From assembly GCA_964057225.1 (NCBI GenBank), contig OZ059899.1, positions 13,950,001-14,014,000 of the forward strand: a stretch of DNA of 64,000 nt, written 5' to 3'. The stretch is from Auanema rhodensis. Taxonomy: Eukaryota > Animalia > Nematoda. Position numbers and translations under genes: made by a program. Within the stretch, counting starts at the first letter, position 1; each line of letters starts with the position of its first letter. Below are positions 37,959-51,835 of this stretch, one piece after another. The notes beneath the pieces were generated by a model that searched no databases, was not told where the DNA came from, and saw nothing but the letters and a program-made list of their open reading frames with translations.

Positions 37959-38785
37959 ATGTCTTTGGTTCGTAATCTCTTCAGAGCAACTCTTACTGTT
38001 GAACGTGCATTTGTTAGCGCTCGTTTCATTTCCCAGTCTCCCGCTCTCCTCGCTGGTTCGTTTCATGTTCTTCGTATATGATTTTTTAAAAATATACGTT
38101 GTAGAAAGAAGATATACCAAGAAACACGAATGGGTTTCCTTTGAAAATGGCGTTGGAACTGTTGGCATCACTGACTTCGCTGCTGTAATTTATAATAATC
38201 ATATTTAGTTTCCTCATTTTGTATTTTTTAGGAACAATTAGGAGATGTTGTATATGTTGAATTGCCCGAAGAAGGAACAGAAATCACCCGTGGAGACTCG
38301 ACTGGTGCTGTTGAAAGTGTGAAGGTAAAAATTATTGCAAGCTTTCTTCCAATTATACTGGATCAACTTTAGGCTGCTTCGGATATTTATGCCCCTATCT
38401 CTGGAATTGTTTTAGAGAAAAATCCAATGCTTGAATCGGAAAGTGGAAGAATTAACCAGAGTCCATTCGTAGACGGTATGTATTCAGAATTTCGTCTTTA
38501 TCGTCATTTTTACAACATTTCAATGATGTTATCAACCTTTTGTTTTCACAAAAACATGTCGTAGTGCAAAGATACTTCAACAAGTAAATAACCGTTTTTG
38601 AGATGTCAAGTTGTTCTTTCTAAGAACAACAAAAAAATCTGTACTTTTTTCATTAATACTTTGAATTATTTTGCTAATTTTCAGGATGGATGTACAAATT
38701 GAAGGTTAAGGATGCTTCCGAACTCGCTGAACTCATGTCGGAGAATGACTACGAAGAATTCAAAAAGAATGAAGAAGGTCATTAA
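37959..38785 (+). CDS. Mitochondrial glycine cleavage system H protein (gcsh family)
   Basis: Arg-rich transit peptide, [29 protein letters not shown], lipoyl motif [28 protein letters not shown]. Confidence 0.96.
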
Positions 38786-38926
38786 TTGCTCAACTTAGGT
38801 GCTCATTCCCTTTCTTAAATTGTACAGATTTCATATTTGTTTGAAATAATTTCCGATATTTTTTATTAATTCATACAATTATATTATTAAATATTACAAC
38901 AAATTTAACAGTTTTTGGTTTGACCT

Positions 38927-41900
38927 CTAATGATTCATTCTTCTGTTTGGATCTGGTTCTTGAACATCCTAAACAGAGAATATATTACATTATTTATGAT
39001 AAACAACCAAGACAACATACCCTGTGGTCGGGACGTCTAGGAGGAAGACGTGGAGGAGGAGGAGCTGGCGCATAGGTACCGTAAGGAAGACCCTGAAATG
39101 CATTAAAGTAGAAAGGTATTAAGGCTCAAAACCAACATAGAAATTCCATTGAGGTAGCAAAGCTGGAGGAGGTACAGCTAAAAAGGAAAAAAGAAGTTCC
39201 ATTTTTACGACGTATACTTACGGAAAGCATCTGCTGCAGTTACTGGTGGAGGGAGGTAAGGCCAAGGAGGCATTGGTACAGGTGGGGGTGGAGTTCCTGG
39301 CCTGGAAATTCAAAAACGAAAACGGAAATTAATAAATTCAAGCTCAAGCTTACATATACATAAACATGGGATTTGCAAATGGTGGAGGCATCATCTGAAA
39401 ATAAAATTAATTAACGAAGTGCGCCAACAATCTTACGGCACTAACCATAAAATGTTGAGAATGTTGCGGGACGCTAGGAATTGATTGTGGTATTAAAGGA
39501 GGCTAAAGGTTTTAAGGTAATCATAGATTAATAAAAATATACGATTACTTCAGACTTTGCAGAAGCAAGAGGACGCTTTAAAGCTGCATGAAGTACAGAT
39601 TCCACATTTGATTCCGGAACAGTCTGTGAACAAACAACTCTGTTAGCCATTAATGAAGGTAACGATCTGTTGTTATTATCCGAAGTGGTAGCAATCCCGA
39701 CTTTAATATAAATTTCTTCGATAGATTTGAAAGTAGAAACTTACTCTTTGTATTATGATAAGAGGGAGAAGCTTCAGCTTCAATGTATTCTCCATGTTGA
39801 TTTATATGTGGAGCAATGCTTAAGGTAACCTAAATACTTGCTTGGATGTGAATATTTCAGAATTCTTACCCTAGCATTTCCTGCATGCTTCCCCAGATTT
39901 TCTGAGTAGAAATAGAAAATGTAAGACATAATAAGAGGATTACTAACTTTCGTAGAAATGAGAAGGCACAAAACACTTTGTAGAACTCGGCTCATCGTCA
40001 ATGGGAGGTGGCGGAGTTACTGGATTCCTTTTTATCGGTTCGCTTGGAGGTTCAATTTTCTGAAATTGAATCAAAAGCATAATTACTAAAGCAAAAAGGC
40101 ATACCACCGTAACAGGTGGCTCTGGTGGAGTTTCCTGAAGAATTTCATCGACAACGTTCTGAGAACCAGAGTCTATATCCATATCAACTGAGCCTAAATT
40201 ATTTAGAAATTCAAACTTAGTCTAAATAATCGTGCATGCTATCCTCAGAGTTATGAGATATGACTTACATACCTCTTTCAGAAATCATTTCCATTCCTTG
40301 TTTCATCACATCTCCACATTCTGATTCATTGTCTTCAATCTTCAATGCGTTTTTTAAACATGGCATATCATCAATTTCCTTTTTTTTTCGGCGATATGGT
40401 GGACTTCTCTCAACTCGCCGGGTTTCAATAGAACAACGAGATCTTTTTTTCCGACCATATTTAGATTCCTCTCTTTGCTTTGTTCTTTTTCCAGATCGTA
40501 AATATTTCGATGAACTGTATCTTCCCGTTTCCTCACTTGAAGAGGAAGAAGGTAATCGACTGTGATATGAAGATCTGAGCCTAACAGAGTCAGCGTAATT
40601 ATCTTCATCGCTATCCGAAACACATAGAATTTTTCTTCTCTTCCTTTTTCGAGAAGCTACAATATCTTCCTCATCCTCGTAGAATGCCAATTTTGTCGGA
40701 GTATTGTGCAACTCATGAACTCTATGACGAACGAGTACTTGATTCTTTTCATTTCTTATATTATCGAGATCATCCTGATTTTTTATATGACGAAGCTCTG
40801 GTATTTCATGGTCATCATCACTTTGCACGTTTTTAGCATTTCGGGAAGCACGCTCGAAAGTAGGAAGTCTTTGTGAAGCATCACTATCAATGTTGTTGAT
40901 CCCATCATCCCATTCGGCAGCAGAACATTCTAAACAATATCTCTAAACATTTTCATAAATAAACCTAGTACCAGATGGCCTTCTTAATTTTGGCATTTTG
41001 TCTGAAGAAATACAAATTTATAATTTTTGAAAATTAGAACAAAGATACATACCATAATTTATAGGCTCATCGTCTGTTGGATCATCGGAAGCTTGAACAT
41101 TCTTCACTTGTTTCTTTGGTTTATCATCCTTCGTTTTACTATTTTTTACGTGAACAACCTTCGCTTGATCATCCTTTGTTCTATCGTTCTGTTTTTCTTT
41201 AACATCCTTCACTTTGTTCTCCTTAGATTTGGGATCCTTCATTTTAACCTCCTTAGATTTTGTATCTTTCTTTTCTTCCTTAATCTTAACTTCTTTCACT
41301 TCCTTAACTTTAGTAGCCTTCACTTGATTTTCTTTCGTTTTAGCTTCCTTTACTTGGTACTCCCTCGTTTTAGCTTGTTTTACTACATCTTCTCTCGCTT
41401 TAGCTTGTTTTACTAGATCTTCTCTCGCTTTAGCTTGTTTCACTAGATCTTCTTTCGCTTTAGCTTGTTTCACTTGATCTTCCCTAGCTTTAGTTTGCTT
41501 CACTTGATCTTCTTTTGCTTTAGTAACCTCCTGCTCATATGCCTTGTCTTGCACATCTTTTACGAGATTCTCCTTAGCTCCGGCATCGTTTTCTTGAGCC
41601 TCAGCACCAGCATCATTTATTTGATCACTCTTCATTTTTGAATCCTTTACTTTATCCTTATTACTTTTACATTTAGCGGCAGATTTTAAACTATTCAATT
41701 GTTCCGCAACAGATTTCAAAAGATCTAAACAGGATATCAAAAGCACATTAAATATTTCTTACTTTCTGATTCATCAAAAATAGACGACAATGATTCGGTA
41801 TTTTCAGCTGGCTTTTTTTCAACTTTTGGACTTGAACAACACTCAAAGAAAAAAATTGTAAGAAAAAACCTTATGTAAAACATACAGAGCATATCTTGTT

Positions 41901-42589
41901 TTCAAGTTTGCAATTGTGGTCATCCCGAAAAGAACATTTCAAAGCAGGAACCGCTTTGACAAAAGGTAAATATTCAAATCCAAATTGTAGAATCTTGTAA
42001 ACCTATAAAATAATTTTTATGAAATTAAAAATTGAAAAGAACTGACAGTATGTTGCATTTCTATAATTAATTTTAACGTGGCATGCCTTTCGTCTTTATA
42101 TTGCTTAGCAAAATTACGACTTGCTCCTATTGTTGCTGCAGCATAATGAAGTTCTCTTTTATCCCTTTCTAATAAACATTTGTACTTATCTTCCAAATCT
42201 TCTAAAATTTGATGAACATTTAAGTTCAGGTAATAATAGAGATAATACCTAAATTCTTAGCTTCTTTGTATGTATTCTCGATAGCATAAAGCAACATAGT
42301 ATGTTCTCGCATTACGCTTTTAGTATGTCTATTACAAGCAACAGCATTGGAAATCATATTTCTAAGCATTTGCTATAAAGTAAAAATTACTGAAAGTAAT
42401 AAACTGACAAAGTACTTTTATGTTTCCCTCATGTTTAAGACGAATATCAGCGTCTAAAATAAGCGGTTCAACTTCTCAAAAATCATATTTTTTTAAACCT
42501 AGAGCATTTTGCCGTTGGAGTTTGATAACTTTTTGTAAGTACGGATTATCTATATCCAACTTTCTGTGTGGTGTCAATGACATAGACAT
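38927..42589 (-). CDS. Orphan low-complexity protein: N-terminal helical region, 10-aa K/E-rich tandem repeats, basic NLS-like segments, Pro-rich C-terminus
   Basis: Chain of phase-compatible exons with canonical short introns from MSMSLTPHRKLD to DVQEPDPNRRMNH*. Includes ORFs 41018-41746 and 40265-40828. No family recognised. Confidence 0.75.
41309..41524. repeat. Coding minisatellite: ~7 copies of a 30-bp unit (encodes VKQAKAREDL-like repeats)
   Basis: Unit TTTAGCTTGTTTTACTAGATCTTCTCTCGC and variants at 30-bp spacing. Confidence 0.9.
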
Positions 42590-43088
42590 GGCTTCCACAT
42601 TAAATTTTGAGGTTTAAACTAGTAAAAGTAATAAATTTAAGCATTAAAAACAATTTGGAAAAAAAATAAAAATTTTTATAAATCGTTAATGACAGATACA
42701 GTTAGGTTTGAGTGACAAAGTTGGACAATTTTTTAAAATAATGATCGATAATGATATTTCTTTCAAATGGTTCCACCACGATACTGTAAACCCTAATAAT
42801 TAGGATTTTAATTTCACAGAATTTACATATAGTAAAGAAATAAAAATTTAAGTATAAATGTTATTTAGATATAAATAATATTATATATATATATATATAT
42901 ATAGCCTAATTTGCGATCTCATTTCTCACATATCTGGTTCCAATGGAATTATCAGTAGGAAGCTGATAAACAATGTAAGTGGCCACAATATGTTACAAGT
43001 AATTTACACTTGGAGAGGTAGATGATTTTAATTTTAATTCAACGAGTAATTTCATTATTTCTAGTCGTTTTATTCATAATATTTTAAT

Positions 43089-43861
43089 TTATTTAATTAA
43101 CGGTGGATAAGCATTGATGTTTTTTAAACCATCCAAGAATCCTTTTTTCATATGAGATACCACATATAGGGAGAGTGTACGCCATACCTGTAAATAAGAA
43201 TAATTTATGGATTATTGATTGTTTGTTTTTTAAATATATGAAAATATCAATTTCACAAACCTTAACTGCATTGGCTTTCGTTTGTTCATCAAAATCAGGT
43301 AAATTATTCATATGTTCTGACAGTGAATTTTCCATGGCATCCTAAAGGTAAGTATTAGATAATATTGTTTTTAAAATTTTTATTTTAATTTGTATTCTCA
43401 CCTCAAATATGTCCCAATACTCGTGTTTGAACCCTCTGGAGGCAAATTTGCAATGACGTTGCCCTATACCATATAAATAAGGCACAAGTCTATCCGTGTG
43501 ATACAAATTTTTAACTACTTGAGATAATGTCTAAAGTATGTATAAGTGTATTACAATTCATAAATTTCAGAAGTTTGGTAATTACCTGAACAAATTTTAA
43601 AGCTTGACTTCTGAATTCTTTAGAATCTTTCCAATTTTCGCCATAATGATCCAAATAGGGAAATAATTTTTTACAATTAGGATTATGATAGAAAATATAT
43701 TGATAAATTGCGGATCTGTAGAAAAATATTAAGATTAATATTTCATAAATTCGTTAATTGTCTTACCCAAGATTATACAAGAAATCAAATTCATCACTCC
43801 ATGTCCGTCGTAAGAGTTCTTTCTCTTGTACATTTGGCTCCCAGTTTTCGATGTTTTCCAT
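43089..43861 (-). CDS. Nematode globin (glb family), core domain in 5 exons
   Basis: MENIENWEPNVQEKELLRRTWSDEFDFLYNLGSAIYQYIFYHNPNCKKLFPY...FRSQALKFVQTLSQVV...IGQRHCKFASRGFKHEYWDIFEDAM...VWRTLSLYVVSHMKKGF. A12 Trp, B10 Tyr, CD1 Phe, E7 Gln, F8 His. Confidence 0.92.
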
Positions 43862-44903
43862 TTTAATTCTCTGTAGAATGAAATGGTGAATTTTGTTTTA
43901 TTTTTTTGGAAAATAATGTCTAGAAGTGAAGATGTAAACGATGAGATTAGAGCTGTTTTTGATATTTAGTCATTTTTTCCAAAATCTTGGTAAGTATAGA
44001 TTTTTCTAACCTTATCGATTCCACTAATATTAATTATGTAAGTGTAAGTATAGATTAGATTAAATGTCTATGCAGACATTGCGAGCGAAAATTAAACGAA
44101 ATAAGGAAGAAAATGAGTTTATAGACAGAAAAATAGTTTCAGCTGTAGCAGAAAAGAGAAGAAGCAACTTAGTTCATTATCATCATACGCATCATGCATT
44201 GCTGAACTTCAATAGCTGTCAAAGTTTTTGAACTTTTTTAGTTCATCACTCACATGTAGGTGAGTGATGTCATATCATGAAATGCGGTTAACTTAAACAT
44301 CATTTGACCAACTATGAAGTTTTTGATAATTTGCAAGATGATTATACAGTTTAACTAATAGATTGACGTCATTTATATATAAATATATATAGTTATATAT
44401 AGTTATATGCATATAAACACATATAGATGTACAAGAAATAGTACAACAACTACAATTTCTACAACTTGACTAACCAAATCCAATGGTGTCAGCATAATCT
44501 AAAACTTCTGGAGTTGAGTGGAGTTTAGAAGACAAAGGGGATTAACAGCTCATTAATAGGAGATTTTAAAATGAAAACTTGACAGAAATGACTCGTTATC
44601 TTGATATTTCTTGTTGAAATAGAAAACGATAACGTTTCTGACTGCAATCCCTCGAGGGCTGTCCGTCTTTTCAAATGTTTTTTTTCAGAAAAAAAACACA
44701 ATACCGGTGAATTTACATACGAAAAAAGCAAAAATTTGACGAAACATTTAACAATTAAAAGTGCTGTGTTTACTCAAAGCGCGAAGAAAATATATTCTGT
44801 GCTTGAAGCGTTTTATAAATAAAAAATTAAAGCAGCCAATGTAGCAGCAAGAAATGCAATACATATGGCATATTAGCTGAATTTCATTAGTTTTTGAGCT
44901 TAC

Positions 44904-45006
44904 CCTCTCTCGATCATTCATCGTTATGTCGCTACTACGCCGTTCCACTTTCAGCTTTCGATCAATCTGTGGTGTTGAGAAATCCTTGATTCCTTTATCA
45001 GAATTC
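44904..45006 (-). CDS. Probable upstream exon of the globin (N-terminal extension)
   Basis: TTTGCAG acceptor and G/GTAAGC donor. Encodes NSDKGIKDFSTPQIDRKLKVERRSSDITMNDRER and splices in phase 0 onto the acceptor at 43870 (RIK-MENIE...). Confidence 0.6.
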
Positions 45007-46338
45007 CTGCAAAGAACCAAAATGAACTGTTGAAATGACAAGAAAATTAATGAGCAGCTTGGTCGGTGAATATAAGCAGTTGAATGATGCTAAGCAGGAG
45101 AAAAAAGTTGCTAGAAATTGTCTCTATATGAAAGCGTTAGATTTATTGCTGCAGGCATTTTGGATACACAATAGCTATGCCGAAGTATGGAGAAGAAATC
45201 AGATGTCGGTTGCTATCCTCACGAGACCATTTTAAGAAGTCTAGAGTAACAACAAAAGCAAAGGAAAAGAAGAACAGAACGAGAGAGAGGGAGAGAGAGA
45301 GAGAGAAGAAACAAGAAAAGAATAAGGAAAATTCAAAAAGTTAACTTAAACTTCAATAATTATGTAGCAAATGCTATTTGAATAGGTAGCAAAGACAAAA
45401 CCAACAGTAAGTGATTAGGAAGCAGTTGAAAATGAACATGATGTAGAAGAAGAAGAAGAAGAAGAACCAACCCGTCCTCTGCATCAAACAAAAACGAAAT
45501 GACTTATATGGCTAACAAGTACATCACGCAAACATGACGTGTATTCACGTGGATTAGAAGAGAAGCAAACTTATTAATTTCATTGGAAGATCCATAGAAT
45601 TTGAAGATGAAAACAACAAGTTCATAATGATTTTGAAACTATGAATTGATGGATGAAGTAGTAGATATTGAATGAAAATATTCAAAAACAAGACATTATT
45701 TTCATATAAAAAGCATAAAATATTATTATTTTAGGAATGTTATTTGAGGAAATTAGTTTTTTTTCTAAATTAAGCTTCTGTTGATTAGAAAATCAAATTG
45801 ATCATATTTCTTAAGGAAAAAAATCTCTTAAAACGAATAAACATATGCTCAATTGATTACAAAATTTATAATTAATGGTAATGATAAAAGAAGCAAAATC
45901 ATCTTAGATTAAGTTAGATTAAGTTGAATCAACCATGATCAGAAAAGTAAAAGTAAAATGAAAAGTAGAGAGCGAATAGAACGAGGGTTTAACGAGAGAG
46001 AGAGAGAGAGCAATAGCAGTGATACAATGGAAAAATCAAACAAATTTTGGTGCTTGTGGAAGAATTTTTTTTTTTCAAGAAGAAACATATGCAATTCGAG
46101 AAGATATGGGGATTGCATTTACAATGAATAATGAGGTGAGAATGAAATGAATTCTGAGCTCTGGAGCTCAAGGTTTCATATTTCTCTCAAATTCTGTAAA
46201 ATCACATTTATCTTAATGAACATGATCACATTAAAATGAATTAAAATAAAGAATAACTGAGTATTTGAATTATCTGTTTCTAATAAACGATGAAGATATT
46301 TAGTTAACCTTTTGATTGAAATTGGAGAAACGATTGTA

Positions 46339-46390
<52 letters not shown>

Positions 46391-48914
46391 AAGAACAAAG
46401 CGAGGGAGTGGTTGCAGAAGTAGAATCGTACTTATTCTATGTGATTGGAAAAAGAAAACATTTTCTTAGCTAGAAATAATTTGAGATGGAAGAATCGACA
46501 TCAGATAAGTTAACTTCCACACCAATTATAGACACATTCTTGTTTCTTTTAAAAGATTTAAAGTCTTTCTTCTTACTTACTTCCACAACACATATGCATA
46601 TACTTTAAGTATGAAGTATATCAACAATTGATTAATTAATTTTTGTTTTTTCGGTCAATCAAAATACTAGAAAAGTTGAAGAAGTTGAAGCGAAACTAAT
46701 AGGCAATGTGAGAAATTTCATATTAAAAAGAATGAGGAGAAAAAACAACATTTTTTCAACTCTCGGAGGAAGTTGGCACGATTGGCGTTTGATGTTGGTA
46801 GTCTGTTTATGTCAGTTTTCAATAAAAAAATTGTTTTGTTTGGAAAGAGAAATAGAAGTAAACCGACTGAACATATGAGAGAAGAAGACAATTTCGGAGG
46901 ATGAGAGATAAAGAGAGTGAGGATGGATGAGAGTGATCTAGTACATGAATGAAGAGGGTCGATAGATTGGGTAAGAGATTTTGAATAAAAGAAAAAACAT
47001 CCAAGTTATGAGGTTGGAATGCACAAAACGGAGAATGAATGTGTTACGACTGGCTAAGTAGCTAAGGGGGTTGCTGCTTTTTATCTTTTCTCTCTCTATG
47101 TGTATTCCTTCAATTCTTGCTCTCTCTCGCTCATTCTAACTGGTGGCAATCACCTCTAGCTGCTCTCTTTACGTGTTCTTTGGAAGGATTCTATTTAAGT
47201 TGATGTGTTTCCATATTTGGCATTAGGGTATAGAAGAATTTGATAGTTGAAATGGAGGAAAAGCTGCCGGATGATGATGGCAAACCAAGATGCTCTTCCG
47301 GATCTGATAGAGAACGATGAGCAGCAAATGAAAGAAATAAAAATTGATTCGGGAACGCATTGAACAGCATAAATTGTTATTTTTAAAAGTTGAATAGATG
47401 TCCTTGTAAAAAACGTTATAGAGAAAGAGGGAGAAGGAGAGAAAGAGAGAGAGAGATTACGAAATAGAAAAAAGAGACGGGTCAAACCAAAGAGGCTATT
47501 TTTCTCTACAGCGTCAAGTTGGAAACTGTGTGTCATACCTGCTGATACTGACAATAAAATAAAACATATTGAAAGGTTATGCTGCTTGCTCATCGAAAAG
47601 TTTCAAAGTCTCAAAAAATGAAATGTAGAGAGTGGGAAAGAAAAAAGAATTATAAAGCTGAGTTTTTGAGATTAAATTTAATATAATCCATTAGAAACAC
47701 ATTACGTTAAGAGCTAAATTAATTCAATAACATTCATAAAGAAATAAACAGAAATTAGGAAAAATTGAAGAGAAATGGAGGAGATGGAGAAAGGCATGAG
47801 ATAGAAAGATAGAGAGAGAGAGGGATTGAGATAGAGATATATAGATAGATAGCGATAGAGAGAGGAGATTGAGAAAGAGAGAGAGAGGGAAAGATAGAGA
47901 GAGAGAGAGAAATATAAATGCACAACCGCTTCAAGCTAGCCAACACAGAAAATATATTAGTTACTACGTGAGGTTTGACTGCGGAATTCACGTAAATATT
48001 CAAATTTTGAGAAAAAATTGACAGAGAAAGAGACAAAAAAGAAAGATTGATGCTCAATGAATCACAAACTATGAAGCTATTAGCGTTCTGTGACTGGATG
48101 ACTGACTGCCTAATCGGATTTGTTGAGCTGCTATTAGCGAAATATCAAGAAGTCAAATGGAAATCTCAATTTTTTTTTGGTTGGTTACCATGAGTGTGGT
48201 CATCAGAAGCGAATTTCGATGTGACGTTCGTGTTCCGGTTAAAACTAGATACGAGATGTAGGAAGAACAAAACAAGTGAGCAGAAGAAGAGACAATCATT
48301 TGATTTGATGGTTTGACATTGAGATTTCGAAATTTAATCGTTTCCAATGGAAATTGCTTAGTTAAGCAGACTTATTTTAGATGAGAAGCCGATGAGGGTC
48401 AGGAATGAAATGGTGTTGAAGGAAGGTTCCTTCTTCCTGCTTCACGGAGCTTGTAGAAAAACGAAGAGAGGAGAGGGAGACGGGAGGGAGTGAGGATGTG
48501 ATGGAGAGGTTCGAAATGAAAATAAGGAAAAAACATGTGATAACGGGAAGAGATGAACATATTCTCGATGAACAACAAATGGCACACATGAATATGTGTG
48601 TCAGTTATCTTAGTCAGATGTAACCTAACATGATTGACTATGGACAGGACTGAATGATATTTCGGTGACACACAGAATAGTATACATAGTTGAATATAGA
48701 AGAATTCATGCTAAAGCGAATAGTACTCAAGCAAGTGGTTAAATGAATTTCTCAAATGCTTGCGGATAAAATGAATATGATGAATGGGAAATAAAGAAAA
48801 TAAAAAGATTGAGGAAGACGAAGATGTTATAGAGATCTGCATACGAGAGAAGATGCGGAAATGGAAGAATGGTAGAGGTAGAAGACCAATAATAAGAGAA
48901 AGAAGTAGAAAATG

Positions 48915-48957
<43 letters not shown>

Positions 48958-50080
48958 CCGAAGATGGACGAGGGCAAAATTTATAAAAATCATTGCTATG
49001 TGATTGTAATAGAATAAATTTAAATTACTTACATTAAGATATTCGGGCTTAATTCTTTGGAAAAGACCAATGATGGTTTGAGGGTAGACGGATGATGTTC
49101 GATGCAAGGTTATATAGAGCCAGTTGATACAGCAGAGAATTGAATTGACCCGAGCAGTAAAGTAGAAATGGATGGAAGAAAGGACAAAGGGGAGGAGTTG
49201 TAGGTTGAAGCCGTTAGATAGAAGACATACTGATGAGAAATCACGGGATGACTACTAACAACGATGAAGATGAGGATAATGAGGATTATGAAGATGAAAA
49301 GTATTTAGAATGAAATACAAAAAACTATAAGATCTATGAATATATTGAATATTATTGAATGATGAAAATGAAAGAGAAGATGTGGAATTGAGAGGGAATG
49401 GAGTATGGAAGCTATGGGGATAATGCAATAGCAATAGCATGTAACATGAAAATGAAACAGACAACTGAAAACTAGCGAGACAATTAAAAACTTGAGCGAA
49501 TAAGTTGAAGCATTTTTTGAAAAATCTTAAAAATGTGCAAATGACAGATAAATGTCTTTAACATCGAAGAATTTCGATGGAACGTTTCTAATATAGTTTA
49601 AGGCTAAAGATAATATTATTGAATGAAGTCATAGGTAGTAAGGAAGTTTCTTTTTTTTTTTTGAAAAAAAGCTAATTTAAGCTTTGAAATGGTTGTTTTT
49701 TGGTTATAAGGATACTTGAGAGGAGAATTGAAAGAAAGAAAAATAAATTTGTTTCTAAACTTTAAAATAGCTAATAATGAACTTTAAAGAAAAAACAATA
49801 ATTTTAGGCTTATGCTACATCATGACTTAGGTAGTTGGTGCTTGATACGAAAGAAGGAAATACACCGGAAATTGATGGCTGCAACCAGAATATCAGAAAT
49901 AAATTGAGAGAATCTTAAGTGTAAGAGGAAGAATACATCAGAAAATGACGATGCATGAAGAAAGACTAGATTGATACAAATTTACAAATCAGTGAGATGC
50001 GGGAATTAAGGAAAAAGAAAACGACGACGACGCTTAAGCGGAAAAAGAGAGAAAAACTATAAAGTTTGTTGGCCACTTAC

Positions 50081-50176
50081 CTTGTATGTGTGTTCGTAGT
50101 TTGAAATATAGAGAAGATATTCACGACGAAATTCCTCGCAGAGGAGGGAATCTGCTTGAAGGACGTCATGCAGTTC
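50081..50176 (-). CDS. Probable distal 5' exon of the globin transcription unit (open in two frames)
   Basis: ATTACAG acceptor and AAG/GTAAGT donor. ATG 50169 gives MTSFKQIPSSARNFVVNIFSIFQTTNTHTR, phase 2, matching the 45006 exon. Confidence 0.55.
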
Positions 50177-50917
50177 CTGTAATATACAAATATAATTAAA
50201 TATTCATAAAGTACATCATAAGAAATTATTAATTTATGTAAATAATAATAAAAATTTTGATTGCTAAAATAGATTTTCAATTTTCTTATTCTTTCTTTTT
50301 TTTTTTTTTGAAAAAGAAGATGAAGCTATTTGCAGAAAATGAAACAATGCTCATATGAATCACAAAAAAAAAGTAAAAAATGAGAACTACTTCCCTGAAT
50401 TAATTATATAAATATATATAATTAAAAATAATTATTATGTCTAAATAAAGAAAAAGATAAAAAAAAACATATAGATAGAAAAAACCAAATGAAATCAAAA
50501 AATCAAATGTTTTAATACAAAAATTGAAGAAAAAACTCAAATAATCCAATCGAAGTAGAGAGTTTTGAATTCACTCGACGCTTAGTTTTACTTTTTGACC
50601 TTATAAATCAAAAAGTTTGGTTTAAAAAGAAATTTGAAAGAAATAAGAAGCTGGTGAATTGTAATCGAAGTTTCAAACAACATTGTGAATGAAATCTCAT
50701 GAATCGAGGCTGTTATCGAAATTTGCTTCAAAATGAGAATGGGTGGTTGGTTGACTGCCAGAGAATAGTCGCTACCATGCACGACAGAGCTGACGAACAG
50801 ATTTGGCGACAAAAAATGAAGAAAAAATAACCTCTAATCTAGGTACTTTCTATTTCTCAAGCAATTAACTCAGTGTTTTACCGGATAAAATGATCGTCGA
50901 CCTTTTAAAGAGTCATT

Positions 50918-50920
<3 letters not shown>

Positions 50921-50971
<51 letters not shown>

Positions 50972-50987
50972 AAGAGAGAGAGAGAGA
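50921..50987. repeat. (GA)n microsatellite
   Basis: Dinucleotide run. Similar runs occur at ~46339-46387, ~48917-48957 and ~59576-59604. Confidence 0.9.
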
Positions 50988-51707
50988 AGAAGAAGAAAGG
51001 AAGAAAAGAATAAATATGAATATATTCTATATTTGGAAGAGTAATAATAATATTCTTATCAATCTCAATATATATGAAAAAAGGAAAAATATTAATATAA
51101 ACAATCAATGCCCTTTGAAACAAGATGATATGTGACGAGAAGATATCATAGTAATCCTGACTTGTTATCAAAGATTAAGAATAATTCTTTAGAATATAGA
51201 TGTTTACTAACCTTTTGATATAAAGGAATTTTTGGAACAAAAAGAAAAGTGTGGGCAACCCCCTCCCCCCTTCTCTCTCCCTTTGTTTCCCGACGAACTC
51301 TCTGCTGTTTGACTCTTTAAAAAGCAGAAATGAATAAGCACTATAGCTTGATGAGTTTGGAACAAAAATACGAAAAATTGGAAAAAATATTCCAAGATGT
51401 CAAGTAAAAACTTCCAGGTTGGTATTGTTTGCTGGCATTACCTTGTTAGATCGTTGATTCAGAAATTTCTGAAATGTGACCTGAATGTGCTTAAGACTCT
51501 AAGATACTTGAGATAGCGGAAAAGCTTATTTTCTCACGAGAAAGCATTTTGAGAGGGAGAAAGGTAACATGAGGTGAAATGAGTGAACTGACGCAGTCAA
51601 AAGTGGGTGGGAAGGGTTCTCCCTAGCTTGGTTGTGTAGTAGGTATTAGCAATCTTGAGAGTAAAAGCATCAAAGATGGACACAAGGAGTCTAAGAATAG
51701 GTAGAAG

Positions 51708-51835
<128 letters not shown>

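Noticed and set aside
42660-43060. Exon-like fragments between the globin and the orphan gene
   Set aside because: Could not be assembled into a consistent frame; an in-frame stop precedes the orphan gene's ATG.
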